This document shows positions 32,482 to 43,532 of a stretch of 64,000 nt of DNA, piece after piece. The DNA lies in assembly GCA_947626095.1 (NCBI GenBank), contig CANQQV010000010.1:1-64000 (forward strand), read 5' to 3'. The position numbers and the translations under genes are program-made. Source of the stretch: an uncultured Bacilli bacterium (GTDB lineage: Bacteria; Bacillota_I; Bacilli_A; RF39; UBA660). The stretch's first letter is position 1; each line of letters begins with the position of its first letter. A model generated the notes under the pieces. That model saw nothing but the letters and a program-made list of their open reading frames with translations. It had not been told where the DNA came from and made no database searches.

Positions 32482-33249
32482 CTAAATAAATTTTTGGTAT
32501 TTTTGATAAATTTCTTTTAATATGTCGATATTAGTAGAGCTCTCTCCTATTATAACTCCACTGATATTTTCATTCTGGGATAGATATTCAATATTTTGTT
32601 CATTAATACTACCACCATATAATATAGGAATGGTAGTTTGATAGTTATTTTCGATAATACTACTTATAAACTTAACATTATTATTTAATTCGTCCATATT
32701 AGGTATTTCTCCACTACCTATTGACCATACAGGTTCATAGACGATTATTAGTTCATTAAGAATTTCTTTGGATAGTTTATGTAAAAGATTTAATTGTTGG
32801 TTTAAAACTTTTTGTGTCTGATTATTTAGCTTGTCGTTTTTATCTTCGCCAATAAAATATATAGGCTTTATATGGTTATTATAAGCATTAACTATTTTAT
32901 CGATTAAGGTATTTTCAGTCTCATTTAAAATATTACGACTTTCGTGATGACCAATCAAGGCATACGAAACGTTCATCGATTTTAATTGTTCAGCGCTATT
33001 TTCTCCTGTATAAGCGCCATTACTATACATCGATATCTCTTGACTGCCAAGTTTATAATCAGTATTTTCAAAAATATATAAATAAGTAGTTGGAGGGCAT
33101 AGAATTAATTCAATTTTATCTGATTTTTCTAAAGAAGATATTTGATCTTTAATTAAGAGAAAGTCTTCTTTAAGTAATAAAGATTTAAAATTACAGATAA
33201 AATATTTTTTAGATATCTTCGATGTTGTCAATCGCAGGTAATCCTTCAT
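32482..33249 (-). CDS. tpiA: Triosephosphate isomerase (divergent)
   Basis: NFK, GAYTGE.S, GH.E.R, YEPVW.IG, LYGGS motifs; exact start uncertain (ATG 33249 or TTG 33231). Confidence 0.9.
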   Translation of the reverse strand: MKDYLRLTTSKISKKYFICNFKSLLLKEDFLLIKDQISSLEKSDKIELILCPPTTYLYIFENTDYKLGSQEISMYSNGAYTGENSAEQLKSMNVSYALIGHHESRNILNETENTLIDKIVNAYNNHIKPIYFIGEDKNDKLNNQTQKVLNQQLNLLHKLSKEILNELIIVYEPVWSIGSGEIPNMDELNNNVKFISSIIENNYQTTIPILYGGSINEQNIEYLSQNENISGVIIGESSTNIDILKEIYQKYQKFI

Positions 33250-34396
33250 TTATTATATATTCTAAGGTTGCTCCTCCACCTGTTGAAAGGTATGTAAATT
33301 TTTCACCTAATTTAAAGTGTTTAACAGCACTTACGCCATCACCACCACCAACGATTTTAATAGCGTTAGTGTTGACGATGTTATTAAGTAATTCTCTAGT
33401 ACCAGTGGCAAAACGAATATCTTCGTATTTACCAGCGGTTCCGTTAACAAAGATTGTTTTTGAATTGTCGATTATTTCTTTATATTTATTAATTGTTCTC
33501 ATCCCGATGTCTAAGATCATGTCGTCTTCTTCAACTTTATCAATACTAACGTGTTCAATATAGTCTTTGTTGTATTCGCGACCGACAATTGCATCTACTG
33601 GTAACATAATTTTATCTTTATAAGTTATTAATAAATCTTTTAATTTAGATATTACTTCAGGGTCTTTAGTACGTAAAGAATTACCCACATTAAAGTTTAA
33701 GGTAGCCAAACAAGAGTTAGCTATACCTCCCGTTAATAGTAAGTGATCACATTTAGGTAGTAAGGCTTCGATTAAGGCAACTTTGTCTTCAACTTTAGCA
33801 CCACCCATAACAATGGTAAATGGTTTTTCGGCATTTAAAACGTATTTATCTAACATTTCCATTTCATGTTCAACTAAGAAACCAATACAATTTGGTAAGT
33901 ACTTAGCTACGCCATAAGTTGAGGCGTGTTTACGATGAGCTGAGCCAAAAGCATCTAGGCAGAAGACATCAGCTAGGCCAGCCCAATATGTAGCTAGTTG
34001 AGCATCATTGCCACTTTCTAATTTATTTGGAACATCTTCAAAACGAGTATTTTCTAAAACCATTATTTCACCAGGGTTCATATTTTCAATTTTAGCTTCT
34101 AAATATAAACTACGAGGTTGTTTAGAGAAAATAACTTTAGTTTGAACTAGTTTTTGTAAATGTTCAGCAATAGGAGCTAGTGAGTTTTTCTCTTTATCTT
34201 CTTCAGTTTTTACTTTACCAAAGTGCGATAAAATTATTATTTTAGCTCCTTGTTTAACTAAGTATTCAATAGTATTTAAAGAAGCAATTATTTTGCTGTC
34301 ATCTAAGATAACACCATTTTCAACTGGAACATTAAAATCGCATCTTAATAATACTCTTTTATTTCTTACATCGACGTCTTGAATTCTTTTTTTCAT
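33209..34396 (-). CDS. pgk: Phosphoglycerate kinase
   Basis: R.DFNVP, LENTRF, DAFG.AHR.HAS, GGAKV.DK, STGGGA.LE motifs. Confidence 0.97.
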   Translation of the reverse strand: MKKRIQDVDVRNKRVLLRCDFNVPVENGVILDDSKIIASLNTIEYLVKQGAKIIILSHFGKVKTEEDKEKNSLAPIAEHLQKLVQTKVIFSKQPRSLYLEAKIENMNPGEIMVLENTRFEDVPNKLESGNDAQLATYWAGLADVFCLDAFGSAHRKHASTYGVAKYLPNCIGFLVEHEMEMLDKYVLNAEKPFTIVMGGAKVEDKVALIEALLPKCDHLLLTGGIANSCLATLNFNVGNSLRTKDPEVISKLKDLLITYKDKIMLPVDAIVGREYNKDYIEHVSIDKVEEDDMILDIGMRTINKYKEIIDNSKTIFVNGTAGKYEDIRFATGTRELLNNIVNTNAIKIVGGGDGVSAVKHFKLGEKFTYLSTGGGATLEYIINEGLPAIDNIEDI

Positions 34397-34484
34397 ACCA
34401 TCACCATAATTTATTATAAAATATGTCTAAAACATGTTCAATTTTTATGTTTTTTTCTTTACAGAAAAAAGTGTCTAAAGACAC

Positions 34485-35498
34485 TTATTTATTAATATTA
34501 AATAATTTCTTAGCAGTACGCATCATTTGAGCGGTATAACCCATTTCATTATCGTACCAAGCAACGACTTTAACAAGTTGTTTGCCGTCACTTTCTAAGA
34601 CATTAGTTAATAAGCCATCAACTGTAGCACCGACTTTTTTACCAAGAATATCACTAGATACAATTGGGTCCATAGTGAATTTTAAAGTTTCACTTTGATT
34701 GTTAGTAAACAATGTGTTGATTTCTTCAACTGTCGTATTACGTGATAATTCTAATGTAACATCTACGACTGAACCATCTGATACAGGAACACGGAAAGCG
34801 TTACCATCCATTTTACCTAGTAAGCTTGGAATTACTAAACCGATAGCACTAGCAGCACCAGTAGATGCTGGAACAATATTCATAGCGCAAGCACGGCCAC
34901 GACGAGCTTTGATACCTTTGTTATGAGGAATATCTAGAGTTGCTTGATCGTTAGTATAAGCGTGAACAGTTGTCATGTATCCTTTAACAATACCAATATT
35001 ATCTTCTAAAACTTTTAATACTGGAGCTAGACAGTTAGTTGTACAAGAAGCAGCAGAAATTATTTCTTCTGTGCCATCTAAAGTATCGGAGTTAACGTTA
35101 TAAACGATAGTTTTCATATCACCTTTACCTGGAGCAGAAATAATTACTTTCTTAGCACCAGCTTCAATGTGTTTATGAGCATCTTCATATTTAGTGAAGA
35201 TTCCAGTACATTCTAAGACGACGTCAACACCAAGTTCACCCCAAGGAAGATTAACTGGATCTTTTTCAGAATATACTTTAATTCTTTTAGTTCCTTTAAT
35301 TACTAATTCATCGCCTTCGAAGTTAATAATATCTTCATGGAATGAACGATGATTAGTATCATATTTTAATAAATATGCTAGTGTTTCTGCATCTGTTAAA
35401 TCGTTGATAGCAACGACATCAAAATCGCTTCCAGTGATCATTTCACGGAATGCTAAACGGCCAATACGACCAAATCCATTAATTGCTACTTTTATCAT
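34485..35498 (-). CDS. gap: Glyceraldehyde-3-phosphate dehydrogenase (type I)
   Basis: INGFGRIGR, ASCTTNCLAP, WYDNE motifs. Confidence 0.98.
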   Translation of the reverse strand: MIKVAINGFGRIGRLAFREMITGSDFDVVAINDLTDAETLAYLLKYDTNHRSFHEDIINFEGDELVIKGTKRIKVYSEKDPVNLPWGELGVDVVLECTGIFTKYEDAHKHIEAGAKKVIISAPGKGDMKTIVYNVNSDTLDGTEEIISAASCTTNCLAPVLKVLEDNIGIVKGYMTTVHAYTNDQATLDIPHNKGIKARRGRACAMNIVPASTGAASAIGLVIPSLLGKMDGNAFRVPVSDGSVVDVTLELSRNTTVEEINTLFTNNQSETLKFTMDPIVSSDILGKKVGATVDGLLTNVLESDGKQLVKVVAWYDNEMGYTAQMMRTAKKLFNINK

Positions 35499-35515
35499 AT
35501 TCTACCTCTTTCTTT

Positions 35516-37186
35516 CTAATCATAGTATTCAAAGACACTTTTGCCTATGAATTCTCTTAATATGGATTCATCAGTAACATAATCTGAAGGAATTGTAAAG
35601 AAACCTCTTAAGAAGTTTATCAAACGACGAGCTTCATTATAAGCACTAGAATTACTTTTTACGGAATATAGTAATGGTTCAACAAAGACTTTTAAGACGC
35701 CAACTTCATATACTAGTGAAGTATTAACAATCTTATCGACTTTGTTAATGAATGGGAAGATATATTTTTCTTCACCAGCTCTGACGGTATTCCAGTAATC
35801 AATTGTTGCACCAACATCAGTTGCTCTAGTTCTATTATCTCTAACAATTCTTCGCATTAATCTTAAATCAGTTGTGGAAATATAATTATGTCTATCTATA
35901 TTTATTGGAATAAATGGGCTTAAATATACTTTGTATTTTAGCTTTGGATCTAAATCAGGAGTCATAGCATCATTAATACAATGTAAGCCTTCCATTATAA
36001 CTATAGCATTATCACTTAATTTAATTGGTTCTTTTTCATATTCTTTTTCACCAGTTACAAAGTTGTAAGTTGGTAATGATACTTTTTTTCCATCTAATAA
36101 ATCTTTTAATTGCTTATTTAATAGTTTTAAGTCTAAAGCTTCTAAACATTCAAAATCGTAATTACCTTCAGCATCCTTCGGAGCATTTTTACGATCTTTA
36201 AAATAGTTATCAACTGATATCATTAAGACATCATAACCACGACTACGTAATTGTAAGGTTATTTTTTTAGTTGTAGTTGTCTTGCCAGATGATGATGGAC
36301 CAGCAACTAGGACATAACGAGCTTTCTTAGCTAAAACATCATCGACTAGTTCATGAATACGGTTATCAAAATCAGTTTCAGCGATTTTAATAAAGTTTTC
36401 AATCTTACAATCAGAAATCAATTTATTTAAATCAGCGATAAATGGAACATTTAAAGACTTAATCCAAGCTTTAGAATCTTCAAAACATTTAATAACGTTT
36501 TGATAATGAATATATTCTGGAACTTTAAATTTAGTTGTTAAGGAAGGAAACATTAAAACTAATTTGTTTTCACTTAAGTAAACTAAATCATATTTATTTA
36601 AACAACCTGTTGAATAAGGTAAATCAGAATAAAAATAATTAATATAATTACGTAGTTTATGAACAGTTACTATGTTATTAGTTAAGTTATGAATATTCTG
36701 GGCTTTCTCAGTGGCTTTAACACGATTGTAATAACTTATAGCTTCTTTCTTTTCAACATTTAATGCATAAATTCGTTCATCGTTGGCAATTATTTCATTC
36801 ATTTTCGTTTTTAACTTTTTAGCGTCATTTAAAGTAAATTTCTTTTCACTAATAATAGTCATATGTAGACCATTAGCAATAGAATGGTCGAATGTTACTT
36901 CATATCCTTCACCAAAAGTTTCTTTTAAAGCGACTTCTGTAACAAATTGTAAACCACATTTATTTATTTTAAAGCCGTTAATTGTCGTATAATCAATAAA
37001 ATTTAATTTAGTTGCACGATTAATCTTGGTATCCATAGGAACAGTTTCATTATCTATTTCAACCCCTACAATACGATTATTCATTTTAGGTTGATATAAT
37101 TTGCTTAGTTCATAGATTGTTGTTCCTTTTTCAATCTCAATTACAGTACCATCATTAAAAGTTACGTTTGTTCTGTTTGATGACAT
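35516..37186 (-). CDS. Nucleoside (uridine) kinase with ThrRS-like N-terminal region
   Basis: AGPSSSGKTT P-loop, EGLH, RL.RR.VRD.R.R, GE...IFP motifs. Confidence 0.88.
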   Translation of the reverse strand: MSSNRTNVTFNDGTVIEIEKGTTIYELSKLYQPKMNNRIVGVEIDNETVPMDTKINRATKLNFIDYTTINGFKINKCGLQFVTEVALKETFGEGYEVTFDHSIANGLHMTIISEKKFTLNDAKKLKTKMNEIIANDERIYALNVEKKEAISYYNRVKATEKAQNIHNLTNNIVTVHKLRNYINYFYSDLPYSTGCLNKYDLVYLSENKLVLMFPSLTTKFKVPEYIHYQNVIKCFEDSKAWIKSLNVPFIADLNKLISDCKIENFIKIAETDFDNRIHELVDDVLAKKARYVLVAGPSSSGKTTTTKKITLQLRSRGYDVLMISVDNYFKDRKNAPKDAEGNYDFECLEALDLKLLNKQLKDLLDGKKVSLPTYNFVTGEKEYEKEPIKLSDNAIVIMEGLHCINDAMTPDLDPKLKYKVYLSPFIPINIDRHNYISTTDLRLMRRIVRDNRTRATDVGATIDYWNTVRAGEEKYIFPFINKVDKIVNTSLVYEVGVLKVFVEPLLYSVKSNSSAYNEARRLINFLRGFFTIPSDYVTDESILREFIGKSVFEYYD

Positions 37187-37312
37187 TTAATACACCCTTT
37201 CGTATTCTAATGTAATTATACTATATATTTAGAATAAATGTATATTTTTTTAGATTGATAAATTTTATATAAAATAATTATTATGCTATAATTTTCTTAG
37301 TCGAGGTGGCTT

Positions 37313-38698
37313 ATGAAGAAAATTAAAATAATTATTAGTTTTATAATATTATTGGTTGTTATAGGCCTAATAGGTAGTTTTATTTATCTTAATATGACAA
37401 CAGCACCTTATATTAAGAATATTGAAATAAAAGATAGTATTAATTTTAAAAATCAAGTTATATTTAATGTAGAAGTAGATAATTATTTTTATAAAATAAA
37501 TAAAGAAGTTTGGTGTTATTTAGCTAAAGAAGATAAAGAACCAGATATTAATGATAGTGAATGGTTAAAAGCTAGTAATGGTTATTGTAGTTTTACTGTT
37601 CCTAGTGGTGATTATAAAGTATTTGTTAAAGATAAATATGGTAATATTAATGATATTGATAGTCAGAAAGTAGAAATTAACAAAGTATTAGAAATTAAAC
37701 CAACTAAAAAAACTATTTATCTTTATAAAGGTGGTAGTGAAAAAATCAATTATGAATTAGTTACTTTAGGTAATGTGCAAGATGATATTACTTGGAAAAG
37801 TAATAATGAAAGTATTGCTAGTGTTTCAGAGGATGGTAAAGTAACTGGTAATGGATATGGAATGACTGAAATTACTTTAACTAGTGGATCAGGAACTACT
37901 AATAAAGTAAATGTTTATGTATCTAGTTTTATTACTAAACCGAGAATTAATTTTGATAAACCGTATGTTAAATGTCAGCAATTTACAAGTGAAGAAGCTG
38001 ATTTAATTGATAATATTTTGTTTGATCGAGTTGAAGAAGCCGGATATGGTACTAGAGGTGGAGTTATTGCGGCGGCAAGGTTTTTAACTTTAGAATTTAG
38101 TTATCGTATTCATTATTTTTCCGAGAATGGACGTTTAAATAATTATCCGCCATATAAACATGTTGATGGCGAAGGTAGATACTATCATCGTGGTTTATAT
38201 CTAAGTGAAGATGATTATGCGGATTTAGAAAAAGGAGCAATATTAGCTGGTCCAGCGATGTGGGGTTGTTCAATTCCAATGTATGTTAATCTACCGCAGT
38301 ATAAGTATGGTAATAAATATCCGAATGGCTTAGATTGTTCAGGTTTTGTTACTTGGGCATTATATAATGGTGGAGTTGATATTGGAGATTTAGGAGCTGG
38401 AGAAAATGCTTCACATAAAGATTTAGATGACTTAGGAACAAAAGTTAAGATAACTAAAGATCTACTTAAATCAGGAAAAGTAAAAGTTGGTGATCTAATA
38501 GGTAATAATGGACATATGGCGATTATTGTGGGAATAGATGATAATAACTATTATATTGCTGAATCACTTAATACAACGGCAGGTGTTGTTATTACAACAA
38601 TGGCTAAAAGTAAATTACCTAGCAGTTATTTATATCAACATATTATTTTAATGGATAGTGTATATAAGGGTGAAGGCAAATACACAAATATGTGGTAA
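37313..38698 (+). CDS. Membrane-anchored Ig-like (Big_2) plus NlpC/P60-like cell-wall peptidase
   Basis: N-terminal TM; W.S.N..IA.V...G.V.G...G...IT (Big_2); GLDCSGFV.W and downstream GH motifs. Confidence 0.8.
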   Translation: MKKIKIIISFIILLVVIGLIGSFIYLNMTTAPYIKNIEIKDSINFKNQVIFNVEVDNYFYKINKEVWCYLAKEDKEPDINDSEWLKASNGYCSFTVPSGDYKVFVKDKYGNINDIDSQKVEINKVLEIKPTKKTIYLYKGGSEKINYELVTLGNVQDDITWKSNNESIASVSEDGKVTGNGYGMTEITLTSGSGTTNKVNVYVSSFITKPRINFDKPYVKCQQFTSEEADLIDNILFDRVEEAGYGTRGGVIAAARFLTLEFSYRIHYFSENGRLNNYPPYKHVDGEGRYYHRGLYLSEDDYADLEKGAILAGPAMWGCSIPMYVNLPQYKYGNKYPNGLDCSGFVTWALYNGGVDIGDLGAGENASHKDLDDLGTKVKITKDLLKSGKVKVGDLIGNNGHMAIIVGIDDNNYYIAESLNTTAGVVITTMAKSKLPSSYLYQHIILMDSVYKGEGKYTNMW

Positions 38699-38721
38699 TA
38701 AAAAATCTATAAGTTTTAAGC

Positions 38722-39657
38722 TTATAGATTTTTTTGACCTTCTTGATGGCGTTTAACCAAGTCTTTTACTTTAATAAAGTAATGGTTTATACCTGATTTG
38801 CCGATTTTACGACCGGTTTCATTGCTAATGATATCTGCAAGTTCTTGTAGAGAAGTTTCGGGATAACTTTCACGATATTTAATAGCTTCTTGAACGTTTT
38901 CATCTAGTAAACCAATTAAATCATTATCGTGTAAGTATTTTATTTCTTCTAATTGTTTTAAACCAGCTTTTAAGATTTTCTCTTGGTTAGCTATTTCACA
39001 ATTATTTAAACGATTAACCATATTTTTATGATCTCGATATATTCTAATATCTTCAAAGTAGAAGAAGTTATTAGTAGCTCCTAACATACGAATTATTTCA
39101 CTAATCATTTCCGCACTCTTAATATAAATCATATAGTGATTACTACGTTTTAAAACTTTAGCAGTCATATTAAATGATTTTAAGAGATTAGCAATATAGT
39201 CAGCTTCTTTCTTGGTTGAAGCCGTAAACTCTAAGTGGTAACTACCAGTACTAGGATCATTGATACTACCACAAGCTAGGAAAGCACCACGTAAGAATGA
39301 AACTTTTTCTTCATTAGAATTTAAGAAGTATTCTTCTGGTAGTGTCTTTTTATTGTCTTTTAGAATATTTAGATTCTCTAAGATATCAGAAACTTTTTCA
39401 TTAATTTCTAGTATATATAATCTTTTGACTCTAAAGCGTTTTTGATTACGAATAGTTATTTTAATATTAACGCCAAAGTTATATTTGATATCTTTGTAGA
39501 TTCTTCGAGCGACTGAACCATTTTCCATTACTAAAATGATTTTATTTTTAGTTATTTGACCATTTAGCCTAATATAGGCGGATAATTCGACTATGGACTC
39601 TAAGACAGATATGTCATTACTAGTTATTTCTTCTTTTATTTTCGTGGTAAAAGTCAT
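38722..39657 (-). CDS. whiA: DNA-binding protein WhiA
   Basis: FLRGAFLA.GS..DP...YHLE, NR..N.E.AN, SL.EL, KSG.NH motifs. Confidence 0.95.
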   Translation of the reverse strand: MTFTTKIKEEITSNDISVLESIVELSAYIRLNGQITKNKIILVMENGSVARRIYKDIKYNFGVNIKITIRNQKRFRVKRLYILEINEKVSDILENLNILKDNKKTLPEEYFLNSNEEKVSFLRGAFLACGSINDPSTGSYHLEFTASTKKEADYIANLLKSFNMTAKVLKRSNHYMIYIKSAEMISEIIRMLGATNNFFYFEDIRIYRDHKNMVNRLNNCEIANQEKILKAGLKQLEEIKYLHDNDLIGLLDENVQEAIKYRESYPETSLQELADIISNETGRKIGKSGINHYFIKVKDLVKRHQEGQKNL

Positions 39658-39659
39658 TT

Positions 39660-40607
39660 TTATTCCTCTTCCATTAAGTATGAAAAGATTAAGAAAGCGG
39701 TTTTTAGAGCATCATGGCGAACATAGCCATCTTCAACTTTAAATAGTTTTTCAGCAATAAGATGGATTTTCATCTTTTCTAACTTCTTATCATCTATTTC
39801 AACAGGATCTTTACCTTCTGATTTAGCTAGTAAAGCCATGTTCTTAGGAATTTTTAAGGTATTAGCAATAACAACATCAATGGTGCCTTTACCTAATTTG
39901 TTTTCTAAGACTTTAATATGGTCACTTACCTTGAAGTTATCAGTTTCACCTGGTTGTGTAAGCATATTACAGATGTACATCTTTTTAGCTTTAGAAGCAG
40001 CAATAGCTGCACTTATTTCAGGAACAATGATATGAGGTAAGACACTAGTTAATAATGAACCTGAGCTAAAGATAATTAAATCAGCTTTTTTAATTTCTTC
40101 TAATACTTTAGGAGTAACTGTAACTTTTTTATTGTATTTTAAATCAACAATTTTGCGTTTTGATTCAGTTATTTCAGCTTCCCCAATTATTTCATAACCT
40201 TCTTTAGTAACACCAATTAAATTAACGTTATCTTCCGTTAAAGGTAATATTTTACCTTTGACATCAAGTAAGTCACAAAGAATAGGTAGCGAATGAGCAA
40301 AGTCACCTTTCATTTCTAATAAAGCCGTAATTATTAAGTTTTTAATAGAATGATGAGCTAAACTAGTATTATCATTAAAACGGTAATTGAAAAGATCTTT
40401 AACACCTTTTGATTCGCCTGACATAGCCATTAGAACTTTTGTAATATCGCCAACGGCGGGAATACTAAATTCCTCACGTAGCTTACCAGTACTACCACCA
40501 TTGTCTGAAACACTAACGACGGCAGTTATATCTATAGGGAATTGAATTAAACCCTTTAATAGTTGAGATAGACCACTACCTCCACCAAATATTATTACTT
40601 TTTTCAT
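39660..40607 (-). CDS. yvcK: YvcK/GlmR (gluconeogenesis factor) family protein
   Basis: GGG.GL..LL.GL, D.GGS.G.LR, N..TQPGET, RHD motifs. Confidence 0.93.
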   Translation of the reverse strand: MKKVIIFGGGSGLSQLLKGLIQFPIDITAVVSVSDNGGSTGKLREEFSIPAVGDITKVLMAMSGESKGVKDLFNYRFNDNTSLAHHSIKNLIITALLEMKGDFAHSLPILCDLLDVKGKILPLTEDNVNLIGVTKEGYEIIGEAEITESKRKIVDLKYNKKVTVTPKVLEEIKKADLIIFSSGSLLTSVLPHIIVPEISAAIAASKAKKMYICNMLTQPGETDNFKVSDHIKVLENKLGKGTIDVVIANTLKIPKNMALLAKSEGKDPVEIDDKKLEKMKIHLIAEKLFKVEDGYVRHDALKTAFLIFSYLMEEE

Positions 40608-40682
40608 GGAATCCTCCGTTCATTGATATAATACCACAAAACGAAATTATCTTAAAGAAAAGAAAAAAGAGCTTTTGCTCTT

Positions 40683-41894
40683 TTATCCACGATTTTTCCA
40701 AGTCCAACCTTTTTGATTTTTTAAGTTAGTTATACTTTGGACTGAGGTAGCTGTAGAATTAGCTTCTAGTTTAGACCATGATTTATAACCTTGTGATCCA
40801 CCACCTAGGTAGTAGCCATAGGATACCATATAATGAAGATGGGCACCAGTTGTACATTTATCGTAATAGAAAGTTGATGAGTCGCCACCAACAGTAGCCA
40901 CTACTTGGCCTTTTTTAACGTTTTGACCAACTGATACTTTAATATCAGTTAGATGGGCGAATAAAGTTGTATAAGCTTTACCACCAACACTGTAGTGAAT
41001 AAATAGTTCGTTACCACCACATGATTGCTTTTTGGCAATATGGACAACTGTTCCATTAGCTGGAGCATAAACAGCAGTTCCTTTTTTATTACCACCTAAG
41101 TCAATACCTTTATGACCATTGTTGCCCCAAGCTTGAGTAACACGCCCTGAAGTAAGCGGTCTTGAAAAGTAAGCTGAGTTACCACCTTTATTGTAATAAC
41201 AATCATCGATATTATCACTATTTTTACAACCAGCTTCTTCAAATAACTTGATTTGATTTTTTTGGGCTTTAATAGCTTCATCTTTATCTAAACCGATTGA
41301 AGCTAATTTTTCAATATAAGCTTCTAATTCTTCAACTTGTTTTTCATAACTAGCTATGGAGTTATTTAAGTTAACATTATCATCAGCTAACTTAGTTTGA
41401 AGTTGTTCGTTCTTTTTAATTAATGCATGTAAGTCATCTAATTGTTGTTGAGTATATTCGATAACTTGGTCGATGATAGCTTGTCTTTCCATCATTTCGC
41501 CGATTGTTGATGAATCGAAAACATAACCTAAATAAGCTTCATCAGAATTAATATTGGAATATTGTAAGATATTAATTATATCTTTTAACTCTTCACTTTT
41601 TATTTTAATGTTTTCTTCACTTTCAGCAACAAGAGTTTTAGATTCTTCAACTTTTTTTTCGTTATTTTCAATTGTTTTATTAGCTCTAATAATGGCATTT
41701 CTTTTAGAATCGATAGCATTTTGATTTTCTTTAGTTAAACGATCATTTTCTTTTTTTTCATTTTCTAGTTTAGTTAACTCATTTTTATAATCTTGTAATG
41801 TTTCAAGGGTTTTAGCATGGACGTTAATAACAGGACAAGTTGTAACAAAGAAAAGAGCTATTATTAAAAAGATGTTTATTACTTTTTTCATCAT
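40683..41894 (-). CDS. Secreted coiled-coil plus M23 peptidase (FtsEX-associated hydrolase/activator)
   Basis: Signal peptide, long coiled coil, HKGID and HLH motifs; directly follows ftsX. Confidence 0.88.
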   Translation of the reverse strand: MMKKVINIFLIIALFFVTTCPVINVHAKTLETLQDYKNELTKLENEKKENDRLTKENQNAIDSKRNAIIRANKTIENNEKKVEESKTLVAESEENIKIKSEELKDIINILQYSNINSDEAYLGYVFDSSTIGEMMERQAIIDQVIEYTQQQLDDLHALIKKNEQLQTKLADDNVNLNNSIASYEKQVEELEAYIEKLASIGLDKDEAIKAQKNQIKLFEEAGCKNSDNIDDCYYNKGGNSAYFSRPLTSGRVTQAWGNNGHKGIDLGGNKKGTAVYAPANGTVVHIAKKQSCGGNELFIHYSVGGKAYTTLFAHLTDIKVSVGQNVKKGQVVATVGGDSSTFYYDKCTTGAHLHYMVSYGYYLGGGSQGYKSWSKLEANSTATSVQSITNLKNQKGWTWKNRG

Positions 41895-42805
41895 ATTTTT
41901 AAATGTCTCCTTACTGTTGTATAACTACCAATCATACCAACTATAGCGCCAATGGCAACTAAGATTAATGAGACATACAAGGTGAATGGTAATGGTTTAA
42001 CCATTTCGATAAAGTTAGTAAAGAAATGGCCTTCTAGTTTATCATAAGCAAACATGTAGCCCCAGATTGTAGCAACAATTGGAATTATTGAACCAATGAT
42101 ACCAAGGAATAAACCTTCGATAACAAATGGTAGTTTAATAACGAAGTTACTTGTTCCTACTAAACGCATTATTTCTATTTCACTTTTACGAGCAAAGATC
42201 GTAAGTTTAATAGTGTTACAGATTAAGAATACAGTAACACAGACTAATCCAATAATAATAACTAATGTTACTTTTTGAACTACTTTAAAAGTAGGGACCA
42301 TTTTTTGAACTACGCTTTCACTATATTGAACATCAACTACTTTATCAATAGATTTAATAGCTTTAGCTGTTTCTTCTAAGTCAGAAGCATCTTTTACGGA
42401 AATAATGAATTCAGGCCTTAAAAAGTTATTTTCTTCAGTTAAAGTATTCATTATGGAATAGATAGCAGAGTCTTTATCAGAATTTTCCATAGTTTCTTTT
42501 CTAATCATCTCTTTATCTTTGTATATTAGTTCATCACTTTTAACGTTTCTAATACCTAGAATTTTACTTTTAATCATTTCAATATCTTCATTAGTTGCAT
42601 TTTGATCAACATATGAATAGATAGTTAAGGTACTTTCAATGTCCTTAGTAAAACTATTTATATTGTATGTTGCCAGAATAGCTAATGAAACAATGATTAA
42701 AGTTATCGTTGTACAGATTATTGAAGCTATACTTAAGCTAAAGTTACGAAAGATGCTTTTAACAGCATTAGCTATATTTCTTCTAAATATTCTAATTGCT
42801 TTCAT
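41891..42805 (-). CDS. ftsX: Cell division permease FtsX
   Basis: 4 TM; NTI.L....R..EI.IM.LVG...I..PF..EG motif. Confidence 0.93.
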   Translation of the reverse strand: MKAIRIFRRNIANAVKSIFRNFSLSIASIICTTITLIIVSLAILATYNINSFTKDIESTLTIYSYVDQNATNEDIEMIKSKILGIRNVKSDELIYKDKEMIRKETMENSDKDSAIYSIMNTLTEENNFLRPEFIISVKDASDLEETAKAIKSIDKVVDVQYSESVVQKMVPTFKVVQKVTLVIIIGLVCVTVFLICNTIKLTIFARKSEIEIMRLVGTSNFVIKLPFVIEGLFLGIIGSIIPIVATIWGYMFAYDKLEGHFFTNFIEMVKPLPFTLYVSLILVAIGAIVGMIGSYTTVRRHLKI

Positions 42806-43502
42806 CGGCCGTATAACTTCCTTTCATAGAGTCACTTGTTACAACGCCATTTTCAAGGGTTATAACTCTCTTTTTTAATGAATTAACTATTTCTTTATCA
42901 TGAGTAACCATAATAACAGTTGTACCCATTTCTTCGTTAATGTTTTTAATTACTTTAACTATTTCTTTTGATGTTTTTGGGTCTAAGTTTCCTGTTGGTT
43001 CGTCGCAGATTAGTAATTTTGGTTCATTAACAATAGCACGAGCTATACATACTCTTTGTTGTTCACCACCAGATAGTTCATTAGGGAAACTTTTGGTTTT
43101 ATCTTTTAAACCAACACGCTCTAGGGCTTTCATAACTTTACTTCTAATTTCGATACTTTTGATACCAATATTATCTAGACCAAAAGAAACGTTTTCATAA
43201 ACGGTTAACTTAGGTAGAAGTTTAAAGTCTTGGAAAACAATTCCTAATTTACGACGTAATTTATATACACGACTATTATATAATTTAGCAACATTTATGC
43301 CACCAACCATTACTTGACCTTTAGTTGGTTTTTCTTCTCTATATAAAAGTTTAACTAATGATGATTTGCCACAACCTGATGCTCCTGTGATAAAAACGAA
43401 TTCTCCTTTATCAATTGAGATAGAAACATCTGCTAAGGCGGTTACACCATTTTTATAAACTTTATAGCAATTATTTATTTCGATAAATTTCAATTTCATC
43501 AC
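42792..43502 (-). CDS. ftsE: Cell division ATPase FtsE
   Basis: G.SG.GKS, G.VFQDF.LL, LSGGEQQR, DEPTGNLDP motifs. Confidence 0.95.
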   Translation of the reverse strand: MMKLKFIEINNCYKVYKNGVTALADVSISIDKGEFVFITGASGCGKSSLVKLLYREEKPTKGQVMVGGINVAKLYNSRVYKLRRKLGIVFQDFKLLPKLTVYENVSFGLDNIGIKSIEIRSKVMKALERVGLKDKTKSFPNELSGGEQQRVCIARAIVNEPKLLICDEPTGNLDPKTSKEIVKVIKNINEEMGTTVIMVTHDKEIVNSLKKRVITLENGVVTSDSMKGSYTADESN

Positions 43503-43532
43503 CTTACTATTCTAATTATATCAAAAAAACCC

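Noticed and set aside
32440-32530. TGTCGAC and TGTCGAT near the spo0A-like start as possible 0A boxes
   Set aside because: Each is one mismatch from TGNCGAA and one lies inside tpiA; not distinguishable from chance
38722-40607. yvcK-whiA without rapZ upstream
   Set aside because: Minor gene-order variation that cannot be interpreted without the rest of the genome
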